A DNA stretch of 64,000 nt from Chiloscyllium plagiosum (taxonomy: Eukaryota). The notes under the pieces are model-generated. The model was not told where the DNA came from and ran no database searches. It saw only the letters and a program-made list of their open reading frames with translations. The stretch spans positions 4,882,352 to 4,946,351 of the forward strand of contig NC_057750.1 in the NCBI RefSeq assembly GCF_004010195.1, in the 5' to 3' direction. Below, one piece after another: positions 27,823-38,384 of the stretch. The number at the start of each line of letters is the position of its first letter. The stretch's first letter is position 1. A program made the translations under genes and the position numbers.

Positions 27823-28189
27823 ATCATTTCGCTGGAGCAATTCCAAGCCAGACCGAGCCACTCGTCAGAGGGGGGGACTCTACTATATCTACAAGACAGT
27901 ATTGACCACGATTTGAAAGAAAATATAGATTGATCTGTCCCTGTTTGTATTTTAANNNNNNNNNNNNNNNNNNNNNNNTGCAGTCATTGCTTTTACCATC
28001 ATTTCGCTGGAGCAATTCCAAGCCAGATCGAGCCACTCGTCAGAGGGGGGGGGGGACTCTACTATATCTACAAGACAGTATTGACCACGATTTGAAAGAA
28101 AATATAGATTGATCTGTCCCTGTTTGTATTTTAAGAGTTATTTAGCGTCAGTGTGCGATTAACATCAGTAAGAGATACCATGAAGCTAG

Positions 28190-28365
28190 GTAATGCCCCG
28201 CCTATCCCTCCAGCACCACCCCCGGGGCTGCCTGTGGTCTCGGCCCACCCTCTATAATATGGAAACATTTCGCGTCCCACTCAGTTCGGTGTTGGTTTCA
28301 GCTATACCGACCAAGTCACTGAGTGCTAGTGCTGGGTTTGAGCCCACGTCCTCTCTACTGCAACA
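28190..28365 (+). promoter_or_regulatory. Putative SELENOW promoter/5'UTR
   Basis: GC-box-like GCCCCGCC (~28195), TATAATA (~28253) and elevated CpG just upstream of the ATG. Confidence 0.45.
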
Positions 28366-28394
28366 ATGGCCCTCCGAATTGAAGTGAAATACGG
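28366..28394 (+). CDS. SELENOW: SELENOW exon 1 (MALRIEVKY + GG)
   Basis: ACAATGG Kozak context, 29 nt, donor GG|GTAAGA, CpG/GC-box-rich upstream sequence. Confidence 0.85.
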
Positions 28395-31300
28395 GTAAGA
28401 TCGAGACTGAGCTGATTCAGTAACGTTTTTGCCCCATTATTCTCCTCTTTCTAAGCAATCTCACCCTGTCTGCCCAGCCGATTCTCTTCCCCTCCAGCCC
28501 TACCCTCTGTCTTTTAGGCGGAGGGTGGGTACTGCAGATGCTGGAGATCAGAGTGTGGTGCTGGAAAAGCACAGCAGGTCAGGCAGCATCTGAGGAGTAG
28601 GAAAATCGACGTTTCGGGCAAAAGCCCTTCATCAAGAAATGCCTCTTGTCTTGTTCGCGACTTCACCTTTCCCCGCTCTCTTCTCCCATCTTCCATACAA
28701 TCCACAACCTCCCCAATCGTTTCTTCCACTACCCTTCTCTCTCTGTCCCTCACCCCCCCCCCCCCCAGGAGAAAACCAGAAACTTCAGTCACCCCTGCAG
28801 CTGTAATTATTTGTATTTCTGTGATTGCATTACTGTCTACGCACTCCTTTCTTTTTTTAAATTAAAAAACGTATTTTATACAAAACAGAAAATGCTGGAA
28901 AACTGCACATCTGGCAGTATCTGGAGAGAGAGTTTGCGAGTCCAGTGACACCTTTCCAGAGACTTTTCTCGTCAACTTCTGTTTTTATTTTAGATCTTCT
29001 GCGCTTGTTTGTTTTTTTTTTCGTGTTTTATAAATATCTCGGCTCCCAGCTGCTGAATGTATTTAACGGAAATTCCGCTCTAATTTAGTGCGTTTTAAAT
29101 GTATCAGGGTCAAGTGTCCCGAAGGAGATGAAATCGAGTGACTTGAGACAGTGGTATATCTTTTCAATATAATTATTAAAACATTACTAATATAGTGACT
29201 ATAAACCTGTCTCAATCCTGGAGAGAATTATTTAGAAATTTTTTTTAAAACAAAACTTGGTGTATTTAAAACCCATCTAGATGGGTATATGAATATGAAG
29301 GGTTTGGAGGGATATGGGCCAAATGGGACTGGATTCGGTTAGGATATTTAGTTGACGTGGACAAATTGGACTGAAGGGTCTGTTTCTGCTGTACATCTGA
29401 CTCCATCCCCTTCCAGTGGAATCACTAGCAAGACAAGCATTTGCTATTCATTCCTAATTGTCCATGAACTAACTGACTCTGGGCAGTTAGGAGTCAATGA
29501 CATTGCTGTGGGCCTGGAGCCACATTTGGGCAGACCCCCAGCTGGCAGATTATTTCTCTAACAGGACACTAATGAACTAGATGGAGGTTAGAACCATTGT
29601 CAAGGGTTATAGAGATGTACAGCATGGAAACAGACCTTTTGGTCCAACCCATCCATGCTGACCAGATATCCCAACCCAATCTAGTCCCACCTGCCAGCAC
29701 CCGGTCCACATCCCTCCAAACCCTTCCTATTCATATACCCATCCAAATGCCTCTTAAATGTTGNNNNNNNNNNNNNNNNNNNNNNNNNNNNNNNNNNNNN
29801 NNNNTTTTCCGAACCCTTTCAAGTTTCACAACATCTTTCCGATAGGAAGGAGACCAGAATTGCACGCAATAGTCCAATAGTGGCCGACCCAATGTCCTGT
29901 ACAGCCGCAACATGACCCCCCAACTCCTGGACTCAATACTCTGACCAATAAAGGAAAGCATACCAAATGCTGCCTTCACTATCTTATCTACCTGTGACTC
30001 AAGGAGCTATGAACCTGCACTCCAAGGTCTCCTTGTTCAGCAACGCTCCCTAGGACCTTATCATTAAATGTACAAGTCCTGCTAAAGTTTGATTTCCCAA
30101 AATGTAGCACCTTGCATTTATCTCAGTTAAACGCCACCTGCTACTCAGCCCATTGGCCCATCTGATCAAGATCCCATTGTAATCAGAGGTAATCTCCTTT
30201 GCTGTCCATGACCCCTCCAATTTTGATGTCCTCTGCAAACTTAGTGACTATACCTCTTATGCTCACATCCAAATCACTTGTATAAATGATGAAAAGTAGT
30301 GGACCCTCTCTGATCCTTGTGGCACTCCAGTGGTCAGTCTGAAAAACAACTCTCTTCCACCACCCTCTATCTTCTACCTTTGAGCCAGTTCTGTATCCAA
30401 ATGGCTAGTTCTCTCTGTATTCAGAGATCTAACCTTGCTAACCGGTCTCGCATGGGGAACCTTGTTGAATGCCTTACTGACGTCCATATAGATCACATCT
30501 ACTGCTCTGCCCTCTTCAATCCTGAGGTTTTTTGAAGTAACAATTAAGTTTGAGACATGATTTCCCACGCACAAAGCCATGTTGACTATCCCTAATCAGT
30601 TCTTGCCTTTCCAAATACATGTACATCCTGTCCCTCAGGATTCCCTCCAACAACTTGCCCACCACTGAAGTCAGGCTCACAGGTCTATAGTTCCCTGGCT
30701 TGTCCTTACCACCCTTCTTAAACAGTAGCACCACATTAGCCAACCTCCAGTCTTCTGGCCCCTCACCTGTGACTATCAATGATACAAATACCTCAGCAAG
30801 AGGCCCAGCAATCACTTTCCTAGCTTCCCACAGTTCTGGGGTACAACTGATCAGGTGCTGGGGATTTATCCACTTGTGTTTCAAGACATCCAGCACTTCC
30901 CCCTCTGTAATGAACATTTTCAGGATGTCTCCATCTATTTCCCTACATTCTATACCTTCCATGTCCTTCACCACAGTAAACACTGCAAAATACTCGTTTA
31001 GTATCTCTTGCGGCTCCACACAAAGGCTGCCTTGCTGATCTTTGAGGGGCCTTATTCTCTCTCTCGTTACCCTTTTGTCCTTGATGTATTTGTAAAAACT
31101 CTTTGGATTCACCTTGACTCTATTTGCCAAAGCTATCTCATGTTCCCTTGTTGCCTCCTGATTTCCCTCTTAAGTATACTCCTACTGCCTTTATACTCTA
31201 AGGGTTCATTCAATCTCTCCTGTCTATACCTGATATAGGCTTTCTTTTTTTGTGAACCAAACCCTCAATTTCTTTAGTCATCCAGCATTCCCTACACTTA

Positions 31301-34300
31301 CCAGCCTTTCCTTTCACCCTGACAGGAATATACTTTGGATTCTAGTTATCTCATTTCTGAAGGCTTCCCATTTTCAGCCATCCCTTTACCTGCAAACATC
31401 TGCCCCCAATCAGCTTTTGAAAGTTCTTGTTTCATAACTGTCAAAATTAGTCTCCCTCCAATTTTAGACCAGATCTGAAAGTTTAAATTCTATCCTTTTC
31501 CATCACTATTTTGAAACTAATAGAATTATGGTCGCTGGCCCAAAAGTGCTTCCCCCACTGACACTTCGATCACCTGCCCTGCCTTATTTCCCAATAGTAG
31601 GTCAAGTTCTCTAGTAGGTACATCCACCTACTGAATCAAAACATTGTCTTGTACACACTTAAGAAATTCCTCTCCATCTAAACCCTTAACACTATGGCAG
31701 TCCCAGTCTGTTTGGAAAGTTAAAATCCCCTACCATAACTACCTTATTATTCTTCCAGATAGTGGAGATCTCCTTACAAATGTTTCTCAATTTCCCTCTG
31801 ACTATTAGGGGGTCTATAATACAATCCTAATAAGGTGATCATCCTTTATTTCTCATTCCATCCAAATAACTTCCTTGGATGTATTTCCAGCAATATCCTC
31901 CCTCAGTACAGCTGTAATGCTATCCCTTATCAAAAACACCACTCCCTCCTCTCTTCCTTCCCTTTCTATCCTTCCTATAGCATTTGTATCCTGGAACATT
32001 AAGCTGCCAGTCCTGTCCATCCCTGAGCCATGTCTCTGTAATTGCTATGATATCCCAGTCCCATGTTCCTAACCATGCCCTGAATTCATCAGCTTTCCCT
32101 GTACGGCCTCTTGCTTTGAAACAAATGCAGTTTAATTTCAGTCCTACCTTTTTTTGTTCTCTGCTTTTATCCCTGACTGTTTGACTTGCTTCTGTTCTCA
32201 ACTGTACCAGTCTCTGATTGATCTTTCCTCACTATCTCCCTGGGTTCTTCCACAAACCCCCCCACTTTATAATTTAAGTTCTCCCGAGCAGCTCTAGTAA
32301 ATCTCCCTGCCAGTATTAGTCTGCTTCCAATTCGGATGCAATCTGTCCATGTACAAGTCAATTCTACCCCAAAGGAGATTCCAATGATCCACAAAATGTG
32401 AATCCTTCTCCCATACATATGCTCCTCAGCCATGCATTCTCTGCTCTATCCTCCTATTCCCGACTTCATTAGCTTGTAGCACCGCGAGTAATCCAGGGGG
32501 ACAAATTTTTCAATGAATTTAAAATTCATGGCCTAAAGAATTGTGTTTATCTCACTAATTTTTTTTCTTCTTGCTCTAGTAACTCCTGAGGTTATGAGAC
32601 ACGGGTAAGCAATTTATAGTCTTTATGTAAAACTGTCAAATTTATTTAGTCAACAGTGCAAAAAGGAGTACTGCATTGTTACTGCCTGTACCTCTATTGA
32701 GTTGGTTAGCTTAGTTGGATGGACTTGTAGCTTACAATGCAGAAATAGCAAAAGTGTAGGTTCAATTCCTGCACTGAGGTTACCTTGAAGGACTGTCCTT
32801 AAGATCTCTTGCTGAGGCATTGTAATCCACTGGTTAAGCCGTCTCATGAAGAAGAGTAACTTTACCTGTCTGCAAGGGCTTCTTAGATTCCAGGAATGAA
32901 AATAATGTTTCACACTGCTGTAAATGCAATGTATAAAATTAAGAGGCTTAACATTACAGCGCTTTAGAATTTGAGTTGCAAGCTTTAGGGGGAGTGAATT
33001 GCATGGAGATAGAGAAATTTGCTAATTTTAAAGGGCTTCGAAAATTGTTTAGCCCAGTGAGCAATCTCAGTTTCTAACACTGATCAACATTTAGGGCATT
33101 AACAAATCCAGGGATGTATTAGATCAGCTATGATTGTATTGACTTGTAGAGCAGGTTCAAGGAATCAAAACCACTCCCTCCAGCTCCCACTTCATTAGTA
33201 AATGAAAGCCTTTCAGCCTACTGGCCTGACTTCTCAGTGGGTGAGAAATCTTGAGGTGGTCCCTACATAAATTCAAGTTTTGTGTTCTGTAAATAGTGCT
33301 CATCTTCTGTGAACAAACATTGAATATATTTATTTCAAATCAGTTTTAATTTTAATCAGTATTCATAATTTTAAAATACTTTGACTTATTTAAAATAACT
33401 GCTTTCAAGAGTTTGTTTTAAAGATTGAATCCTTATTGGTGGACAGCACAGTGGTTAGCACTGCTGCCTCAGTGTCTGAGACCCAGGTTCAATTCCTGCC
33501 TCAGGCAACTGTCTGTGTGGAGTTTGCACACTGTCTGCGTGGGTTTCCTCCAGGTGCTCCAGTTTCCTCCCACAGTCCAAAAATGTGCAGGTTAGGTGAA
33601 TTGGCCATGCTAAATTGCCCATTGTGATAGGTGAAAGGGTAAATGTAAGGGAATGGGTCTGGGTGGGTTGCTTTTCAGCAGGTCGGTGTGGACCTGTTGG
33701 GCCAAAGAGTCTGTTTCCACACTGTAAGTAATCTAATCTAATCTATTTCCTTCTAGTTCCAAAGTCTGAAAAAGGACTTGGAGGAAGAATTTCCAGATCA
33801 ACTGGAAATCGTAAGTGAAGGCTTGACCGAAAATATTCGGCTTGAGTTGATTGCTATTTAATGTTGTTTTAACTTTGAACTTTTTCTCAAAACAAACACT
33901 AGTAATGACACTTGGACTTCAGTAAATCTCATTGCCTTGATCAAAAATTGACCAGTTAATATAGTTCTAAAGAATATATCTTTTCTAGCCTAATACCAAG
34001 TTCAGGTTGATAACAGTCCTATAAAGTGCCTTGGGTGCTTTCACACCACAACTGCTAATAGAAATGTAAAAAGTTTGACTTGCATCTGCCTGCTTACAAT
34101 TAACCTATACAGCACAGACAGAGGCCCTTCGGTCCACCTTGTTAATGCCAACTAGGGATCTTGAATTAACCTAGTCCCACTTTCCAGTAGTTGGCCCATC
34201 ATCCCTCTGAACCCTTCCTATTCATATTCCCAGCTGGATGCCTTTTATAAATGTTGTAATTGTCTGAGACAAAACAAACTTTAATATTTCTGTTGTGGTT

Positions 34301-37300
34301 CTGTTTGCCGAGCTGGGAATTTGTGGTGCAGACGTTTCGTCCCCTGTCTAGGTGACATCCTCAGTGCTTGGGAGCCTCCTGTGAAACACTTCTGTGATGT
34401 TTCCTCCGACATTAATAGTGATTTGTATCTGCCGCTTCCGGTTGTCAGTTCCAGCTGTCCACTGCAGTGGCCAATATATTGGGTCCAGGTCAATGTGCTT
34501 ATTGATTGAATCTGTGGATGAGTGCCATGCCTCTAGGAATTCCCTGGCTGTTCTGTTTGGCTGGTCCTATAATAGTAGTGTTGTCCCAGTCGAACTCACT
34601 CATGTTGCTTGTCATCTCTGTGTGGCTACTAAGGATAGCTGGTCATGTTGTTTCGTGGCTAGTTGATGAAACAACATGACCAGCTATCCTTAGTAGCCAC
34701 ACAGATGACAAGCAACATGAGTTCGACTGGGACAACACTACTACTATTATAGGACCAGCCGAACAGCCAGGGAATTCCTAGAGGCATGGCACTCATCCAC
34801 AGATTCGATCAATAAGCACATCGACCTGGACCCAATATACCGGCCACTGCAGCGGAGAGCTGGAACTGACACTGGAAGTGGCAGATACAAATCACTATAA
34901 ATGCCAGAGGAAAGATCAGTGTTTCACAGGGGGCTCCCAAGCACTGAGGATGTCACCTAGACAGGGGATGAAACGTCTGCAACACAAATTCCCAGCTCGG
35001 CAAACAGAACCACAACGAGCACCTGAGCTACAAATCTTAACTTTATTTCTAAACATCGTCTTTAGTCGTAGTGCTTTTTAAGTCTCTCTCTCTCTCATGC
35101 TCTCCTTGCTGACTTCTCAGCAGAGTCCTAGAGACAGCACTAACAAAATGGTGTGACAGCTAAAAGTTCTGTGGATAGAATGTTAAATACTCATTTTAAT
35201 AAATGCTTTGGTTTCCTTTGGATTCCTCTTCCACCTGAGTTTTTTGAAAACTAGATTGAACAGTACACTGTCTAAAACCAAAGCAAACACTGTGTTAACT
35301 CTGGTGCCACATTACAAATTTTCAATAGCCTAAAAGGAAATTTCAAATGAGGATGAGTGGACACCTATGTAGATACATGATTCATGTTCTGACAAATTTT
35401 GCTAAACACTTCAGAACTTTTAAATCAAGTTGATGATCAATTGAAATATCTGCTTTTACAATATTGCTGACTCTTTTGATTTTTGCATTTCAAAACCGGG
35501 GTCCTCTCCCAGTGTAAGATGTTGATTTAACATTATACAAGGTATTCAATTTTTTTTTTTCAAAAAATGTTGGAGTTGATGTATTATTTATTTCAATTTG
35601 TTCTCTTCAGACTGGAACTAAAGTCTCAGGCAAAACAGATGATTTTGAAGTTTACTTGCAGGACTCCAAAATGCTTCTGCATTCTAAACTGGTTAGTAAA
35701 TATTTTTCTGCCTTTGTACATAGGGGTTCTCCAGTGGATTCATAGGATTGTGCTGTGTAATCCTTCACTGAGAGCTGAAGATACCTGGGCTGCTTATTGG
35801 GTGTCTACACCTCTCAATAGAGTTTAAATCTTTTCATTCTCTCCTTGCTGCACACTCCTGTTGAACATTTACTTCTGGATTTAGCACAAAAATAGTGCTT
35901 AAGCTGACAGGGATGCCTTTTAACTTGCCTCATTAATGAATGACCACAAGTTTGAAATGTGACACATCAACCACTGACTAGAAACAAATGAAATTTTTGA
36001 AGAAGCATTACAATCTCTAAGGTGTGGAAGTAGGCAATTCAGCCCATCAAATCCACAATGACCTTCCAAAATAACATCCCACCCTATCCCTGCAATGCCC
36101 ATGGCTAAACCACCTAGCCTGCCCATTCCTGGATACTATGCACAATTTAACAATCCACCCTAACCTGCACATCTTTGAACGGTAGGAGGAAACTCAGGAA
36201 GACATGGGGCAAACATGGAAATTCAGTCACCCAAGGGTGGAATCAAACCTGGGTCCCTGACATGAGGCAGCAGTGCTAACCACAGCCATCCTATCTATGA
36301 AACTAATCCAAAGTATCAGTTCCAATCCCACCCTGGCAGTTTGACATTCCATATTTACTTTTCAAAACTTGGAATCAAATGTCCAGGACATTTTGTCTTT
36401 AAACACCTGTTTCACAAATGCAGTTTTGAGGTTTCTTGCTTTGCTTACTCAGACTTCTTGGTTTTTTTGGAAGGTGTGGTGTTAGCTTTTTTGTAGTCAG
36501 TTCTTGACTGATTTTAGGCTAGATGGCAAAAGCACATCAAGAGGAAACCACTACCATGGCAACTGGGGATAGGCAATAAAGACCAGCAGACACCTACATG
36601 CTGAGGAGCAGTTAAATCCCACTCTTCAGTTATCCAGTGTGTTGCCATGAGTTTTGCATTTTACCATAGACTCCTGTATAGATTGATCTCAAATGCAAAT
36701 AGACTCCTTATTTTGGCTGAAAACTCTTTTCTATTTTCCATATCTTGTGTATAAGTCAACCCTACTAGATTCCGTTACAAACCTCTTACAAAGGAAACTG
36801 CATGTTCCATTAACCCACTTAAACAAAATCACATACATTCATATTGATAACTCTAACTCTATTGGTTGCTATTTGTTTGTTTACCACATTGTCTTTGGCA
36901 GTCTGTCCATGTTAAGTTACAATTTTAATTGTGCCATTATATCTGAATATAAGTGAGCTATGTTAGCTACATATATCGTCAATTCTTTGACAAATTTGTT
37001 AATGTTGCTGAGGTTCATAACTAACAGACAAGAGTAAATGGGAAGGAAATGGAAGAATTTGGCAAGAAAGTTCAAGACACTTGATGAATATTACATTCTG
37101 ATTAAGTGTGCCATTATACCAGGCCATGACTATGTTGAACAGTGTGTTTTGCAGGATTTCAATGAATCTTTGACTTGTTAAATTTTCATACTGGTATCTT
37201 TACCCAATAATTGCCTTTACCATAATTCATTGTTTTTCTTTACCTGGGATTGATTGTGATCAAATCTAATTTTGCTAAGAATTCAATATTTTGAACTGCA

Positions 37301-38384
37301 GCATGAATTTCAGCACAACTTTTTTGTCTGTATATTAGTTGACCCTCTAAACTGAACCTTTAAAAATACTCAATTCAACTTGTACATGAGTATACAGTGT
37401 TTGCAAATTATCTCACTAAGTAATAGAGACTCCCTCTTATGTTCTCCTGGTGGGGAATGCACTAGAGGACTTCACACTGGCTCACTCCTTCATTATGTGA
37501 TTACCTAAGTCTAGTTGTGAAAATGTTCCCACGCAAAATATTTTTGCTCCAAGCAAACTTTGATAGCCTTGAATGAGTTGTCACTAAATTTTATAGTGAT
37601 GTTTCTGTGGGCCTTTTATCCACTGGGACGATTCTTCCCAAATTTATTTCTTCAATCCCATTTGAGGCTTCAAAAATTGTCACCTCTCCTTGGCAAGAGG
37701 GGGTGGGTAGAAATTGGAAGCCTTTCAGGTGGGGACAAAGTCAGAGCTCCCCAATAGCCATTGATGCCTCTTTATAGAGCTTGTGACCCTCTAGTATCAG
37801 CTGGAACTTCAATGTCAGCCCTGAACCCACCCTAAGGAAGCATTTCACTCTATATGAAACAAACCTGATCCATTTCAGAAGTCAGGCTGCAGATGAGTAT
37901 TTTAGATAGCTTTCAATAAAGGTCCTGGAACTGCAAAACTAATCTTTTCTACTGTCCAAACTCTTTCCTTTTTAAAATAAAAAGTATCCCTTCACTTTCA
38001 AAAGATTTTTCATTTTTAAAATAGGGTTGACTTGAGTCTAACGTTTTTTTTCTTCAAAACTCACTAATATTGATTAGTCTCTCCCCTTCCCAGACCCTCC
38101 CTGTACTTCCAGTACATGGTTGGGGAAAAAAAATCAGTACTATAAAAACCTAATTTTTTTTAAATTCCAAGTTAGAATTGTTTGCTATTTATACTCTCTT
38201 TTTCTGTTCCAACTTTAAACTTAATCAACTTTTTACCAATTTAAAAACCATTCCTATGAACTCAGTCAATGAATGCATTTTTTTCTTTTCTCCACAGACA
38301 GGAGATGGCTTTGTTGACAACAGTTCCAAGCTTGACAAACTCTTTAGAAAAATTCAAGCAGCTCTCGACTCTAACAAAAAGTAA
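28366..38384 (+). CDS. SELENOW: Selenoprotein W-like (Rdx family) gene, join(28366..28394,32580..32604,33757..33810,35611..35691,38298..38384), 91 aa, TGA at 32587-32589 read as Sec
   Basis: Spliced translation MALRIEVKYGNSUGYETRFQSLKKDLEEEFPDQLEITGTKVSGKTDDFEVYLQDSKMLLHSKLTGDGFVDNSSKLDKLFRKIQAALDSNKK aligns by eye with SELENOW (UGY..., LKKxLExEFP, FEV, HSK, GDGxVD). All introns are GT-AG with compatible phases, and U is at position 13 as in mammals. Confidence 0.9.
29600..32480 (-). mobile_element. Long degenerate CR1 LINE (endonuclease, RT, 3' end) in SELENOW intron 1
   Basis: WDIIAITETWL (APE endonuclease), PGNYRPVSLTS, RPLLDYCVQFWSP and the shared CR1 3' tail. Confidence 0.92.
32580..32604 (+). 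CDS. SELENOW: SELENOW exon 2 (T + NSUGYETR), contains the Sec TGA
   Basis: Branch-like CACTAAT, long pyrimidine tract, CTAG acceptor, 25 nt, donor CGG|GTAAGC. TGA-GGT-TAT = U-G-Y. Confidence 0.9.
33438..33745 (+). mobile_element. HE1-like SINE ending ~11 nt before the SELENOW exon 3 acceptor
   Basis: A/B boxes and (ATCTA)3 tail, then TTTCCTTCTAG. Confidence 0.85.
33757..33810 (+). CDS. SELENOW: SELENOW exon 3 (FQSLKKDLEEEFPDQLEI)
   Basis: TTCTAG acceptor, 54 nt, donor ATC|GTAAGT. Strong similarity to SELENOW helix 1. Confidence 0.92.
34328..34367 (-). ncRNA. Minimal hammerhead ribozyme motif (second family)
   Basis: GCA-CTGAGGA-T-GTCaCCT agac AGGgGAC-GAAA-CGTC-TGC on the - strand. Confidence 0.75.
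34941..34980 (+). ncRNA. Minimal hammerhead ribozyme motif (second family)
   Basis: GCA-CTGAGGA-T-GTCaCCT agac AGGgGAT-GAAA-CGTC-TGC, helix I GCA/TGC. Confidence 0.72.
35611..35691 (+). CDS. SELENOW: SELENOW exon 4 (TGTKVSGKTDDFEVYLQDSKMLLHSKL)
   Basis: TTCTCTTCAG acceptor, donor CTG|GTTAGT, FEV and HSK motifs. Confidence 0.88.
38298..38384 (+). CDS. SELENOW: SELENOW exon 5 coding part (TGDGFVDNSSKLDKLFRKIQAALDSNKK*)
   Basis: TTTTCTCCACAG acceptor, GDGxVD motif, TAA stop. A possible 3'UTR donor G|GTGAGA lies at 38403. Confidence 0.92.
   Translation, partial: TGDGFVDNSSKLDKLFRKIQAALDSNKK

Larger units (their letters stand above)
34292..35038. mobile_element. Spacerless inverted duplication of a Penelope-like 3' end in SELENOW intron 3
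   Basis: ~370-bp arms centred at ~34665. The + arm encodes HEFDWDNTTTIIG...REFLEAWHSSTDSINKHIDLDPIY (GIY-YIG C-terminus). Each arm carries a hammerhead. Confidence 0.85.

Noticed and set aside
27805..28135. ~150-bp direct repeat on either side of a short N-run
   Set aside because: Near-identical copies flanking a gap are typical of an unmerged contig overlap or haplotype artefact.
29128..29153. Alternative SELENOW first exon ATG...CAG TG|gtatat, which would restore a Cys (MKSSDLRQC-NSU)
   Set aside because: Weak donor (GTATAT) and no resemblance to the SELENOW N-terminal beta-strand. The 28366 exon has the expected size, sequence and a strong donor.
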